A stretch of DNA of 64,000 bases from Halorientalis sp. (GCA_042216105.1 JBDGUF010000015.1:22210-86209); one strand, 5' to 3'. Positions 27,763 to 38,501 are shown, counted from the first letter of the stretch. The notes: generated by a model from the sequence alone, not told the origin. Translations and numbers: made by a program.

Positions 27763-28807
27763 TGAAGAGGACGGCGAGGACGAGATTCCACTGAACATCG
27801 CCGGCCACGAGGACCGGGAGCCGCCCAGCGGCTCCGACAGCGCGAGCGAGGAGCGGAGCGACCCGCGAGCGGGCGAGAAACCGGACGGTGCGTCGTCGAT
27901 GCTCGGCGGTGACGGCGGCTCCGAAAGCAGCGACGAGGAGACCAGCGGCGGTGACGACGAGGGCGTCCCCGAACAGCCGGGTCCCGGTGCTGGCATCGAG
28001 GGTCCGGAACCCCCGGGGGAAGACGACGTGCGACCCGTCGAGGTGCTGGTCCAGCTCGCCAAGGACGGCGAGATCGAGCCGTGGGACATCGACATCGTGA
28101 CGGTGACGGACAAGTTCCTCGACCGGCTGGACGAGGCCGACCTGCGCACGTCGGGGCGGGCGCTGTTCTACGCGAGCGTCCTGCTGCGGATGAAAAGCGA
28201 CGCGATGCTGTCCGACGACGAGGACGAGGAGGAGGAACCGGAGCCGTGGGAGGCGGCCGCGATGGGCGAGGAGACGCCGATCGATCCGGAGGCCGATCCC
28301 TTCGCCTCGCTGGAGAAGGAGATGGACCGCCGGCTCGAACGGAAGCGGGCCCGGGGGATGCCCCAGACGCTGGACGAACTCGTCCGGGATCTGCGGGAGG
28401 CCGAACGCGACACCTGGTGGAAAGAGTCCAGAGAGTACGACACCAGCGACAGTCCCGGCACGTACCAGCGGGGGACCCAGGAACTGGACTACCGGAGCGG
28501 CGACGAGTTCCGGATGGACGACGAGCCGACGGCCGCGGACGTGACCGGCACCGCCCACGGCGAGGACATCGACGCGATCGTCGACGACGTGTACGGGGCC
28601 TGCCTCGAACACTGGGATGCCGGCCGGGACGAGGTGCTGTACGCCGAGATCGAACACGCCGGCGGCTCCCGGGTCGAGACCTTCCTCGGGTTGCTCTTCC
28701 TGTCACACCGGGGCCAGGTCTACCTCCAGCAGGACGACCTCTTCGGGGACCTCTGGATCCAGGACCCCAACGCGGCGCAGGGGTCCGAAGAGGCCATCGC
28801 GGACTAG
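27755..28807 (+). CDS. scpA: Kleisin ScpA
   Basis: EIEPWDIDI, ASVLLRMKS, C-terminal FLGLLFL..QDDLFGDL; overlaps the smc stop. Confidence 0.92.
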   Translation: MTDEEDGEDEIPLNIAGHEDREPPSGSDSASEERSDPRAGEKPDGASSMLGGDGGSESSDEETSGGDDEGVPEQPGPGAGIEGPEPPGEDDVRPVEVLVQLAKDGEIEPWDIDIVTVTDKFLDRLDEADLRTSGRALFYASVLLRMKSDAMLSDDEDEEEEPEPWEAAAMGEETPIDPEADPFASLEKEMDRRLERKRARGMPQTLDELVRDLREAERDTWWKESREYDTSDSPGTYQRGTQELDYRSGDEFRMDDEPTAADVTGTAHGEDIDAIVDDVYGACLEHWDAGRDEVLYAEIEHAGGSRVETFLGLLFLSHRGQVYLQQDDLFGDLWIQDPNAAQGSEEAIAD

Positions 28808-28943
28808 TCGCGGGGCATCCAGAGGCCGTAGAGGAGACAGATGAGGCCGACAGGGCGTCCGCGGCGGTCGCTTCGAGGATCGTCCGCGCGCAGTCGTCGG
28901 CCAAAAGCGTCGCGATGGCGTCGACGTCGCTGTCTGCGTCCAC
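28804..28943 (-). pseudogene. Truncated ArsR-like HTH N-terminus fused out of frame to a membrane-protein C-terminus
   Basis: GTG 28943 VDADSDVDAIATLLADDCARTILEATAADALSA, then a shifted frame GLICLLYGLWMPRD*. Confidence 0.55.
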
Positions 28944-29043
28944 AGTACCACCACTCGGGGGCCGGGCATCAACCGCGTCGCACGACTTCACTCGCTGAAA
29001 CCGAGGCTTCCGTCTTATATCCACGGGGCCGCTCCGTGTCGGT

Positions 29044-29199
29044 ATGGTCGCCATCGACGAGACGACCCTCGGGCTGACCTTCGCCGTCCTCGGCGTCGTG
29101 TTCTCGGTCGCGTGGCTGATCCTCGGACTGTACGGCATCGACACCCTCCGGGAGATCAAGGAGAAACTGGACGAAGAGGAGGCCGACGGGGAGGCGTGA
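29044..29199 (+). CDS. 51-aa single-TM microprotein
   Basis: MVAIDETTLGLTFAVLGVVFSVAWLILGLYGIDTLREIKEKLDEEEADGEA; TTATAT about 25-30 nt upstream. Confidence 0.7.
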   Translation: MVAIDETTLGLTFAVLGVVFSVAWLILGLYGIDTLREIKEKLDEEEADGEA

Positions 29200-29304
29200 C
29201 CGAAACCCGGCCTCGCGTGGCCGACCGGTCCGCCGACCCGCCGGTCCCGACACCGACCGCGGCGAAAAGGTTATGATCTTTCATGATGTATGGTACCAGT
29301 AACC

Positions 29305-29412
29305 ATGACGCCGGCCAAGATCCGAGAGCGGCTGAGCGAGTCCGAGGAACGGGTCGACACCGAGCGGTTCTTCGAGGCGCTCCAGTACGTCCGCGACGAC
29401 GGGCGCGCGTGA
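29305..29412 (+). CDS. 35-aa microprotein
   Basis: MTPAKIRERLSESEERVDTERFFEALQYVRDDGRA; upstream AAAAGGTTATGA BRE/TATA-like element; GC-ending codons. Confidence 0.55.
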   Translation: MTPAKIRERLSESEERVDTERFFEALQYVRDDGRA

Positions 29413-29504
29413 CCGCGGGAACGCGGTCGCGTCGGGCGGCGTGACGACCGACGGGTGGGTCGGCGGACGCGACACTTATCCGGCAGGTGGGCGAACGCGC
29501 CTGT

Positions 29505-30404
29505 ATGGACACGCGACAGGCGCTCCTGGTCGACGCGTTCACCGACGAGCCGCTCGCGGGCAACGCCGCGGGCGTCGTGCCCGACGGTGACGGCCTTGAC
29601 GACGAACAGATGCAGGCCATCGCGTCGGAGCTGGGTGCGAGCGAGACCGCCTTCCTGCGGTCGTCCGACGAGGCCGACCGGGCGGTCCGCTATTTCACGC
29701 CCGAGACCGAGGTGGACATGTGCGGGCACGCCACCATCGCGAGCCACGCCTACCTCTACGAGCAGGGCGAGATCGGCGCCGGCGAGCACACCCTCGAAAC
29801 GCGGGCCGGCGTACTGGACATCGAGGTCACCGAGGACGGCGGCGTCTGGATGGCCCAGAACCAGCCCGAGATCCGGCGGGTCGACCTGGACTACGACCGC
29901 GTGGCCGACGCCCTCGGCGTCGACGTGGCGGCGCTTTCGGACGTAGGCGCGGACCTCCCGCTGGCCCGGGCCACGACGGGGCTGCCCTTCCTCGTCGTCC
30001 CGGTGAACTTCCTCGAACACCTGGGGAACGTGGAACCGGACGTGGCGGCGATCGCCGAGTTGAGCCGCGAGATCGACACGGCGGGCGTGTACGCGTTCAC
30101 GTTCGACACGCTGGAGCAAGAGTCGACGCTCCACGGACGGATGTTCGCGCCGGAGGCCGGCGTGCCCGAGGACCCGGTGACCGGGACCGCCAGCGGCGCG
30201 GTCGGGGCATACCTGCGGGAGTTCGACGCGTTCGACGACCTGCCCGACGAGATGCGCTTCGAGCAGGGCCACTTCGTCGACCGGCCGGGGACGGTCTACG
30301 TCCGGGTCGGCGCGGAAATCGAGGTCGGCGGGTGGGCGGTGACCGCGCTGGACGGTGAACTGGCCGTCCCCGAGACCGAGGACGACGACATCGTCGAGGC
30401 CTAA
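29505..30404 (+). CDS. PhzF-family isomerase/epimerase
   Basis: VDAFT..GNAAG, SETAF, EVDMCGHAT, EDPVTGTA, FEQG. Confidence 0.92.
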   Translation: MDTRQALLVDAFTDEPLAGNAAGVVPDGDGLDDEQMQAIASELGASETAFLRSSDEADRAVRYFTPETEVDMCGHATIASHAYLYEQGEIGAGEHTLETRAGVLDIEVTEDGGVWMAQNQPEIRRVDLDYDRVADALGVDVAALSDVGADLPLARATTGLPFLVVPVNFLEHLGNVEPDVAAIAELSREIDTAGVYAFTFDTLEQESTLHGRMFAPEAGVPEDPVTGTASGAVGAYLREFDAFDDLPDEMRFEQGHFVDRPGTVYVRVGAEIEVGGWAVTALDGELAVPETEDDDIVEA

Positions 30405-30510
30405 CCGACAGACAGAGCGGACGTGAGCGGCCCGCGAGCGGGTCGAGTGTACTGGTCACGCTCGGTTCGGAACCTTCTTTATCGGTGTTCTGTACTTCCC
30501 AGGTGAGGAC

Positions 30511-32781
30511 ATGGCTGTACTCTGGCTGGACGAAATCGGGGCAGACGACCTCGAGTCGGTCGGCGGGAAGGCGGCCTCGTTAGGGGAGCTCACGGCCGCA
30601 GGCCTGCCGGTTCCCCCGGGGTTCGTCGTCACGGCGGGGACCTACCGACGGTTCATCGAGGAGACAGGTATCGACGAGGAACTGTTCGAGGCGGTCGACG
30701 TGGACGCCGAGGACTCGAAGGCGCTGGCCGAGGCCGAGGCCCGCGCCCAGGAACTCATCCTGGAGACGGAGATGCCCGAGGACCTGCGCGAGGAGATCTT
30801 CGATGCCTACGACGGCATCGGCGATGGTGAGGCGTTCGTGGCGGTCCGGTCGTCGGCGACGGCCGAGGACCTGCCCGACGCCTCCTTCGCGGGACAGCAG
30901 GAGACGTTCCTGAACGTCACCGGCGAGGACCTGCTGGATCGGGTCAAGCGCTGCTGGGCCTCCCTCTTCACTCAGCGGGCGACCTACTACCGGCAGGAGC
31001 AGGGCTTCGCCCACGACAAGGTCGACATCGCGGTCGTCGTCCAGCGGATGGTCGCGGCCGAGAAGTCGGGCGTGATGTTCACCTCTCACCCCTCGACCGG
31101 CGAGCAGAAGGTCATCGTCGAGGCCGCCTGGGGCCTGGGCGAGGGCGTCGTCTCCGGGTCGGTCACCCCGGACAACTACGTGATCGACCGGGAGAGCGGC
31201 GCGGTGACCGACGTGGAGGTCGCCGACAAGAAGACGATGTACGCCAAGGATCCCGAGACCGGCGAGACCAACGAGCGGCCCGTCCCCGAGGAGAAACGCA
31301 CCGAACGGGTCCTCGACGAGAGCGAGCTCGACCGGCTCGTGGAACTCGGCGAGCAGGTCGAGGACCACTACGACACCCCGCAGGACGTGGAGTGGGCCAT
31401 CTTCGAGGGCGAGGTGTACATGCTCCAGTCCCGCCCGATCACGACGATTTCGGAAGATGGCGAGTCGGCCGCCACCGCCGACGGCTCCGGCGCGGCCGCC
31501 CAGCAGGACGACGAGGACGTGTTGCTCTCGGGACTGGGCGCGAGCCCGGGGATCGCCTCCGGCGCGGTCCGGATCGTCGACAAGCTCGATCAGCTCGACA
31601 AGGTCGGCGAGGGCGACATCATCGTCACCGAGATGACGACGCCGGACATGGTGCCCGCGATGAAACGCGCGGCCGGCATCGTCACCAGCGAGGGGGGAAT
31701 GACCTCCCACGCCGCGATCGTCGCGCGCGAACTCGGCGCGCCCGCCGTCGTCGGGACCGGCGGGGCGACCGACGCGCTCGAAGACGACCAGGTCGTCACC
31801 CTCGACGGCGACAAGGGGACCATCCGCGAGGGCCGCGAGACCGAGGAGGAGACCGAGCCCGTCGAGGAAGTCCGGCCCCAGGCACCCGTCAAGCCCATGA
31901 CCGCGACGGAGGTCAAGGTCAACGTCTCGATTCCCGAGGCCGCGGAACGCGCCGCGGCGACCGGTGCCGACGGCGTCGGCCTGCTCCGGATCGAGCACAT
32001 GATCCTCTCGACGAACAAGACCCCCGAGCGCTACATCGAGGACCACGGCGAGGACGCCTACGTCCAGGAGATCGTCGAGGGCGTCCGCGGGGTCGCAGAC
32101 GAGTTCTACCCCCGCCCGGTCCGGGTCCGGACGCTGGACGCCCCGACCGACGAGTTCCGCCAGCTGGAGGGCGGCGACGACGAGCCCGAGGAACACAACC
32201 CGATGCTGGGCTACCGGGGCATCCGCCGGAGCCTCGACACGCCGGACGTGTTCAAACACGAACTCGAGGCCTTCCGCCGGCTGTTCGAGATGGGCTACGA
32301 CAACGTCGAGATCATGTTCCCGCTGGTCAACGACGCCGAGGACGTGCTGCAGGCCAGGTCCCTGATGGAGGAGGCCGGCATCGACCCCGAGAAACGCTCC
32401 TGGGGCGTGATGATCGAGACGCCCGCCGCCGCGCTGGGCGTCGAGGAGATGGCCGAGGCCGGCATCGACTTCGCCTCCTTCGGCACGAACGACCTCACCC
32501 AGTACACCCTCGCAGTCGACCGCAACAACGAGAACGTCGCCGACCGCTTCGACGAACTCCACCCCGCCGTCCTCGATCTGATCAGCCAGACCATCGAAAC
32601 CTGCCGCGACCACGACGTGGACACCTCGATCTGTGGCCAGGCCGGCTCCAAGCCCCGGATGGTCAGACACCTCGTCAACGAGGGAGCCACGTCCATCTCG
32701 GCCAACATCGACGCCGTCCGCGACGTGCAACACGAGGTCAAACGCGTCGAGCAGAAGCTCCTGCTGGACTCGGTGCGCTGA
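30511..32781 (+). CDS. ppsA: Phosphoenolpyruvate synthase (pyruvate, water dikinase)
   Basis: VGGKAASLGEL, VAVRSSATAEDLPDASFAGQQET, GGMTSHAAI, EHNPMLGYRG, FGTNDLTQ. Confidence 0.96.
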   Translation: MAVLWLDEIGADDLESVGGKAASLGELTAAGLPVPPGFVVTAGTYRRFIEETGIDEELFEAVDVDAEDSKALAEAEARAQELILETEMPEDLREEIFDAYDGIGDGEAFVAVRSSATAEDLPDASFAGQQETFLNVTGEDLLDRVKRCWASLFTQRATYYRQEQGFAHDKVDIAVVVQRMVAAEKSGVMFTSHPSTGEQKVIVEAAWGLGEGVVSGSVTPDNYVIDRESGAVTDVEVADKKTMYAKDPETGETNERPVPEEKRTERVLDESELDRLVELGEQVEDHYDTPQDVEWAIFEGEVYMLQSRPITTISEDGESAATADGSGAAAQQDDEDVLLSGLGASPGIASGAVRIVDKLDQLDKVGEGDIIVTEMTTPDMVPAMKRAAGIVTSEGGMTSHAAIVARELGAPAVVGTGGATDALEDDQVVTLDGDKGTIREGRETEEETEPVEEVRPQAPVKPMTATEVKVNVSIPEAAERAAATGADGVGLLRIEHMILSTNKTPERYIEDHGEDAYVQEIVEGVRGVADEFYPRPVRVRTLDAPTDEFRQLEGGDDEPEEHNPMLGYRGIRRSLDTPDVFKHELEAFRRLFEMGYDNVEIMFPLVNDAEDVLQARSLMEEAGIDPEKRSWGVMIETPAAALGVEEMAEAGIDFASFGTNDLTQYTLAVDRNNENVADRFDELHPAVLDLISQTIETCRDHDVDTSICGQAGSKPRMVRHLVNEGATSISANIDAVRDVQHEVKRVEQKLLLDSVR

Positions 32782-32792
32782 GCGGACCCGCC

Positions 32793-33536
32793 TTACCGCT
32801 CGAACATCTCGAACTTGTCCCGCCGGTAGAGGTCGATCTCCGGAGCCATCGAGGGCGACCGCGTGGCCGCGAAGACGATTGCCTCGGCGATCTCCTCGGG
32901 TTCGCTGGCGTCGCCGGCCTCGAACTGCTCTTTGAACGGCGTGCCGTCCTCGTAACCGAACTCCGTGCGGACTTCCGCGGGGTTGACGACGGACACGGCG
33001 AAGTCGTCGCCGACCTGGGCCGAGAGGCTCTTGGCGAACCCGCGGGTCCACCACTTGCTCGCGGCGTAGACGGGGTTGGAGGGACGGGGGTACTGGCCGG
33101 CGAAACTCCCGAGGAAGACCATCGCGCCGCCCGACTCCCGGAGGTGCGGGGTCGCGGCGCGGGCGGCGAAGAACATCCCGTCGACGTTGGTGTCCATCAT
33201 CGTCCGGTACTGGTCGGTACTCATGTCCTCGATCGGTCCGCCCCGCGCCAGACCGGCGTTGCTGACCACCACGTCGAGGCCGCCGAACTCCTCGACGGTC
33301 GCGTCGATCAGTGCTTCGACCGCGTCCTCGTCGCGCACGTCGGTCGGGACGACCAGTGCCTCCGTACCGTGTTCCTCGCGGACGGTCGCGGCGACGTCGT
33401 CGAGCCGGTCCTCGCTCCGGGCGGCGACGACGACGTTCGCGCCCTCGCGGGCGAACGCGTGGGCGGTCGCGCGACCGATGCCGGAACTCGCGCCGGTGAT
33501 CACTGCCGTGTCGCCATCGAGTGAGTGCCGTGTCAT
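32793..33536 (-). CDS. Short-chain dehydrogenase/reductase
   Basis: [13 protein letters not shown], catalytic YAASK. Confidence 0.92.
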   Translation of the reverse strand: MTRHSLDGDTAVITGASSGIGRATAHAFAREGANVVVAARSEDRLDDVAATVREEHGTEALVVPTDVRDEDAVEALIDATVEEFGGLDVVVSNAGLARGGPIEDMSTDQYRTMMDTNVDGMFFAARAATPHLRESGGAMVFLGSFAGQYPRPSNPVYAASKWWTRGFAKSLSAQVGDDFAVSVVNPAEVRTEFGYEDGTPFKEQFEAGDASEPEEIAEAIVFAATRSPSMAPEIDLYRRDKFEMFER

Positions 33537-33661
33537 CGCACCGGGCTACGGATCGACGGGTGTTAACCGTTCGTGCCGTCACGGCGAACAGCGTACGAAC
33601 TGCGGGGGCGGGCGGTGAACGGAACGCAACCCCTAAGCCGGAGCCAGCACTTGCTGGCAGT

Positions 33662-34714
33662 ATGCAGCGGGTCGAACCGCAGGACTTCAGTCGCGTGCTC
33701 TCCTCGATGTGTACCAAGCCACATCCAGCGGCCCGCGAGGCCGCCGAGGAGTTCCTGGCGACGAATCCGGGCGACCCGGGCACCTACGAGTCGGTCTCCG
33801 AACTGGAGACGGAGGCGATCGACATGCTCGGGACGATCACCGGACTCCCGAACCCCGCGGGGTACGTCACCTCCGGCGGAACCGAGGCCAACATCCAGGC
33901 GGTTCGGATCGCCCGCAACCGGGCCGACACCGACAGCCCGAACATGGTCGCGCCCGAGAGCGCCCACTTCTCGTTCAACAAGGCCGCGGACGTGCTCAAC
34001 GTCGAGTTGCGGACGACCCCGACCGACGACGACCACCGGGCCGACCCCGAGGCGATGGCGCAGGTGATCGACGAGGACACCGTGCTGGTCGCGGCCGTCG
34101 CCGGGTCGACCGAGTACGGCCGCGTCGACCCGATCCCGGCCATCGCGGACCTGGCCAACGAGGTCGACGCGCTCTGTCACGTCGACGCCGCCTGGGGCGG
34201 GTTCGTCCTCCCCTTTACCGACCACCGGTGGCACTTCGGTCACGCCGACGTCGACACCATGACCATCGACCCACACAAGATGGGGCAGGCGGCCATCCCG
34301 TCGGGCGGGCTGATCACCCACTCGACGGAACTCCTGGACGAACTCGCCGTCGAGACGCCGTATCTGGAGTCGAAATCCCAGGCGACGCTGACCGGGACCC
34401 GGAGCGGCGCGGGCGTGGCCAGCGCCGTCGCCGCGATGGACGCGTTATGGCCCGTCGGCTACCGCGAGCAGTACCACGAGTCCATGGCGAACGCGGAGTG
34501 GCTGGCCGACCGGCTGGCCGCCCGGGGTCACGACGTGGTCGAGCCGGAACTGCCCATCGTCGCCGCCGACATGTCCATGCCCGTCACCGAGGACCTGCGC
34601 CGCCGTGGCTGGCGGGTCACCAAGACCGGCGCGGGCGAGATGCGCGTCGTCTGTATGCCCCACGTCACCCGGTCGATGTTGCGGTCGTTCGTCGCCGAAC
34701 TCGACTGGTTCTGA
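33662..34714 (+). CDS. mfnA: PLP-dependent tyrosine/aspartate decarboxylase MfnA
   Basis: [41 protein letters not shown]. Confidence 0.9.
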   Translation: MQRVEPQDFSRVLSSMCTKPHPAAREAAEEFLATNPGDPGTYESVSELETEAIDMLGTITGLPNPAGYVTSGGTEANIQAVRIARNRADTDSPNMVAPESAHFSFNKAADVLNVELRTTPTDDDHRADPEAMAQVIDEDTVLVAAVAGSTEYGRVDPIPAIADLANEVDALCHVDAAWGGFVLPFTDHRWHFGHADVDTMTIDPHKMGQAAIPSGGLITHSTELLDELAVETPYLESKSQATLTGTRSGAGVASAVAAMDALWPVGYREQYHESMANAEWLADRLAARGHDVVEPELPIVAADMSMPVTEDLRRRGWRVTKTGAGEMRVVCMPHVTRSMLRSFVAELDWF

Positions 34715-34796
34715 GCGCCCCGGCGGGACGGATTTCCGGAGCGGGCCGGAGGACAGATATGAAAGCTTACACCACCGGCAGAAAAACCGCCGCGTA

Positions 34797-35348
34797 GTGC
34801 CCGCCGCGACGCTCGCCGTCCTGGAGTGGTTCCTCCAGTTCGAGGTCGTCGAGCAGGCGATCCGGACAGCGACCGGTCCGGCCGGACTGGCCCTCATCGC
34901 CCTCTACTCGTTTCTGATCGCGTTCGTCCTCCCCCTCCCCAGCGAGATCGTCCTCGCGACCCCGCTCAACCTCGGGCTCCCGTACAGCGTCGAGATGGGG
35001 CTGATCATCCTCGTCAGCGGCCTCGGGAAGGCCGCCGGGAGCGTCTTCGCCTTCCACATCGGCCAGGAGGCCAAGGAGGCCGGCCCCGTGATCCGGTTCC
35101 TGCGCCGGTCGCGGTTCGACGTGGTGGAGTGGTCCGAGAGCAAGACCGTCCAGCTCGCACGGAAGTGGGGGTACGTCGGGCTGGCGCTGGCCCTCTCGGT
35201 CCCCGGCTTCCCCGACACGCTCTCGATCTACGCCTTCACCGTTCTGGAGGAGGATTACCTCAAGTTCGCCATGGCGACGTTCGCCGGGAGCGTCGGCAGA
35301 CTGGTCCTGTGGCTCGCGTTCGGTGCGGCCGCGTTCGCGATCGTCTAG
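34797..35348 (+). CDS. DedA/VTT (YqaA-like) membrane protein
   Basis: LPLPSE, GSVFAFHIG, SVPGFPD, several TM segments; start codon approximate. Confidence 0.8.
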   Translation: MPAATLAVLEWFLQFEVVEQAIRTATGPAGLALIALYSFLIAFVLPLPSEIVLATPLNLGLPYSVEMGLIILVSGLGKAAGSVFAFHIGQEAKEAGPVIRFLRRSRFDVVEWSESKTVQLARKWGYVGLALALSVPGFPDTLSIYAFTVLEEDYLKFAMATFAGSVGRLVLWLAFGAAAFAIV

Positions 35349-35411
35349 TTTCGGAGTGAAACGACCGAAATCTATTCGGCGATCGAGCACGAACCCGTGG
35401 GTAGATCGGGG

Positions 35412-35996
35412 ATGGAATCACAGCCCACGGCCCGGTCGGTCCGGGATCGCTCGCGGGCGCTGGTGCTGGCGTCGCGGACCGACGTGGCGGCCGACGACCT
35501 CTGTGTGGATTTGCTGTCGGGCGACGACCCCGAGGACCAGCGCGTGCTGGCGCTGGCGTACACGCGCCGGCCGACGCGGATCGTCGACCGCTGGCGGGCG
35601 GCCCACGACTCGTTGCCGGCGTCGATGGCCGTCGTCTGCCCGGAGGCACGCGCCGACCGGGAGCCGCCGGCCGGCGTCCATACGACTCACGTCCCGGCCA
35701 GCGACCTCACGGGCGCGAGCATCGCCGTCTCGCGGTACCTGGACCGCTGGGACGGCGACGGCGAGCCGGTCGCGGTCTGTCTGAACTCGCTGACCGAACT
35801 GCTGGAAGCCGCCGACCGCGACCGGGCGTTTCGCTTCCTGCACACGATCACCAGTCGCTGTCGCGCGGTCGACGCCGCCGTCCACGCTCACCTCGACCCC
35901 GCGACCCAGGACGAGCAGACGGTGACGACCGTCGCGACGCTGTTCGACGCCGTCCTCCGCCGCGAGGACGGCGAGGGCTGGACCGTCCAGCAGTGA
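35412..35996 (+). CDS. DUF7504/DUF835-like inactive RecA-fold protein
   Basis: SDLTG..I, VCLNSLTELL, AFRFLH, HAHLDP, TLFDAV. Confidence 0.75.
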   Translation: MESQPTARSVRDRSRALVLASRTDVAADDLCVDLLSGDDPEDQRVLALAYTRRPTRIVDRWRAAHDSLPASMAVVCPEARADREPPAGVHTTHVPASDLTGASIAVSRYLDRWDGDGEPVAVCLNSLTELLEAADRDRAFRFLHTITSRCRAVDAAVHAHLDPATQDEQTVTTVATLFDAVLRREDGEGWTVQQ

Positions 35997-36054
35997 GCCG
36001 TCGGCCCGCCCGCGAACCGGCGGGTTTTAGGCCGTTTGTCGGGACCGTAGGGAT

Positions 36055-38130
36055 ATGAGCCACGAGGAGTTCCCCACCGACAATCCCGCGGTGGTGACCG
36101 TCGGGTTGCCCTACGCCAACGGCGACCTGCACGTCGGTCACCTCCGGGGCTACGTCACCGGCGACACGGTCGCCCGCGCGCTCCGGCGCGTCGGCCAGCA
36201 GACCGCCTTCGTCTGCGGGTCGGACATGCACGGGACGCCCATCGCGGTCAACGCCGCCGAGGAGGGCGTCTCGCCGGAGGACTTCGCGATGGAGTACCAC
36301 GAGCAGTACGCCGAGACCTTCCCGAAGTTCAACGTCGAGTTCGACAACTACGGGCACACCCACGACGAGACGAACGTCGAGACGACCCGGGAGTTCGTCC
36401 GCTCGTGGATCGACGGCGGCCACGTCTTCGAGAAGGAGATCCAGGTCGCCTACGACCCCGAGGCCGACCAGTGGCTCCCGGACCGCCTGGTCGAGGGCAC
36501 CTGTCCCTACTGCGGCGAACACGCCCGCGGCGACGAGTGCGACGAGGGGTGTCAGCGCCACCTCGAACCCGGGGAGGTCGAGGACCCCGTCTCCGCGCTT
36601 TCGGGCAACCCCGCCGAGTACCGCGAGCGCGAGCACAAGTTCCTGCGCCTCTCCGATTTCCAGGAGTACCTGCAGGACTTTATCGACCGCGTGGAGGGCA
36701 CGGACAACGCCAAGAACCAGCCCCGCGAGTGGATCGAGGGCGACCTGCAGGACCTCTGTATCACCCGCGACATGGACTGGGGTATCGACTACCCCGGCGA
36801 GGATCGCGAGGATCTCGTCCTCTACGTCTGGGTCGACGCGCCCATCGAGTACGTCTCCTCGACCAAGCAGTACACCGAGCGGGTCGGCGAGGACGAATAC
36901 GACTGGGAGGAGGTCTGGACGGTCGAAGACGAGTCCGAACTGACCGGCGGCGAGAACGGCGAGATCGTCCACGTCATCGGGCGGGACATCATCCAGCACC
37001 ACGCCGTCTTCTGGCCCGCCATGCTGCGCGGGGCGGGCTACAACGAGCCCCGGGCGATCCTCGCGACGGGCTTCGTCGGCATCGACGGGAAGGCCCTCTC
37101 GACCTCGCGCAACAGGGCCGTGTGGGCCGACGAGTACCTCGACGAGGGCTTTCACCCCGATCTGTTCCGCTACTACACGATCGACGGGAGCGGGATGGAG
37201 ACCGACGTGGACTTCTCCTGGGACCGGTTCGCCGAGCGGGTCAACGGCGAACTCGTCGGCAACCTCGGCAACTTCGCGTACCGGTCGCTCCTGTTCGCCC
37301 ACCGCAACTTCGACGGGACGCCGGACGCCGAGGTCAGCGACGAGGTGCGCGAGTGCATCGAGACCGCGATCGACGAGTTCGAGGCCGCGCTCAACGACTA
37401 CCGGATCCGGGACGTGGGCGGGGCCGCCGTCGACCTCGCGGACTTCGGTAACGAGTACATCCAGCGCAACGAGCCCTGGAAGCTCACCGACGACGACCCC
37501 GAACGGGCCGCCCGGGTCATCCGGGACTGCGTGCAGCTCGCGAAGGCCTGTGCCGTGTTGATGCAACCGGTCATGCCGGGCAAGGCCGCCGACCTCTGGG
37601 CCCAGCTCGGCGAGGACGGGTCGGTCCACGACACGAGTCTGGACGACGCGCTGGCCGCGCCGCCGGCCGAGTTCGGCGAACCCGAGGAGCTGTTCGCCAA
37701 GATCGAGGACGACCGCATCGCGGAGCTGAACGAGAAGCTCCAGGAGCGGGTCGAAGAAGCGACCGAGGACGACGGGGAGGCCGCCGAGGCCGACCTCGAA
37801 CCCCTGGCCGACGAGCGGATCGGCTTCGAGGACTTCGAGGAGCTGGACATGCGGGTCGGGCGGATCGAGGTGGCCGAACCGATCGAGGGCGCGGACGACC
37901 TCGCGCGGCTGGAGGTCGACATCGGCGTCGAGACCAGACAGGTCGTCGCCGGCATCAAGCAACTGCACGACCTCGACGAGCTGCCGGGCGAGCGGTGCAT
38001 CCTGCTGGCGAACATGGAGAAAGCGGAGCTGTTCGGCGTCGAGTCCAACGGGATGATCCTCGCGGCCGGCGACGAGGCCGACCTGCTGACGACCCACGGC
38101 GACGCGCCGCTGGGATCGAAGGTCCAGTAG
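36055..38130 (+). CDS. metG: Methionine--tRNA ligase with C-terminal tRNA-binding domain
   Basis: LPYANGDLHVGH, GSDMHG, CPYC knuckle, ITRDMDWG, YVWVDA, IGRDI, C-terminal OB domain GVESNGMIL. Confidence 0.97.
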   Translation: MSHEEFPTDNPAVVTVGLPYANGDLHVGHLRGYVTGDTVARALRRVGQQTAFVCGSDMHGTPIAVNAAEEGVSPEDFAMEYHEQYAETFPKFNVEFDNYGHTHDETNVETTREFVRSWIDGGHVFEKEIQVAYDPEADQWLPDRLVEGTCPYCGEHARGDECDEGCQRHLEPGEVEDPVSALSGNPAEYREREHKFLRLSDFQEYLQDFIDRVEGTDNAKNQPREWIEGDLQDLCITRDMDWGIDYPGEDREDLVLYVWVDAPIEYVSSTKQYTERVGEDEYDWEEVWTVEDESELTGGENGEIVHVIGRDIIQHHAVFWPAMLRGAGYNEPRAILATGFVGIDGKALSTSRNRAVWADEYLDEGFHPDLFRYYTIDGSGMETDVDFSWDRFAERVNGELVGNLGNFAYRSLLFAHRNFDGTPDAEVSDEVRECIETAIDEFEAALNDYRIRDVGGAAVDLADFGNEYIQRNEPWKLTDDDPERAARVIRDCVQLAKACAVLMQPVMPGKAADLWAQLGEDGSVHDTSLDDALAAPPAEFGEPEELFAKIEDDRIAELNEKLQERVEEATEDDGEAAEADLEPLADERIGFEDFEELDMRVGRIEVAEPIEGADDLARLEVDIGVETRQVVAGIKQLHDLDELPGERCILLANMEKAELFGVESNGMILAAGDEADLLTTHGDAPLGSKVQ

Positions 38131-38210
38131 GCCGTCGACGGTCGCGGATTCGGCGTGGGGGTTCGAGACCGGACCGTGTGCTTTTGGTCGTGAGGCCGGT
38201 AGTGGTGACC

Positions 38211-38456
38211 ATGTCCGAGGGCGACGACGAGGGCGGCTGGAAGTTCGAACTGGAGGACCTGCCGGACGAGGAGACTCCCGGAGACGAGGCGGGAGCCGAC
38301 GGGGACGCGGACGGCGGTGAGGGGAACGTCGCCGGGTCCATGGTCCCGGACCAGCCGCTCGAACCGGGATCGCCGTCGCTGGAGAACACGGCGTTCGTCC
38401 TGCTTGGCGCGCTGTGTACCGTTTTGCTCTTTCTCGTCGTGCTGGGCGTGCTCTGA
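38211..38456 (+). CDS. Small tail-anchored protein (DUF7312-like)
   Basis: WKFELEDL, LEPGSPSLENTAFVLLG plus a C-terminal TM helix. Confidence 0.7.
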   Translation: MSEGDDEGGWKFELEDLPDEETPGDEAGADGDADGGEGNVAGSMVPDQPLEPGSPSLENTAFVLLGALCTVLLFLVVLGVL

Positions 38457-38501
38457 CCGGCGACCCCGAAACTTAACCTCGGGGCAGCCCTACCCGCGGC
38501 C

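Noticed and set aside
33662-34714. mfnA suggesting methanofuran synthesis
   Set aside because: In non-methanogenic archaea this family supplies beta-alanine for CoA, consistent with pok/pps here
37085-37115. MetRS has ALSTS in place of KMSKS
   Set aside because: Appears to be an ordinary haloarchaeal variant; the rest of the enzyme is intact
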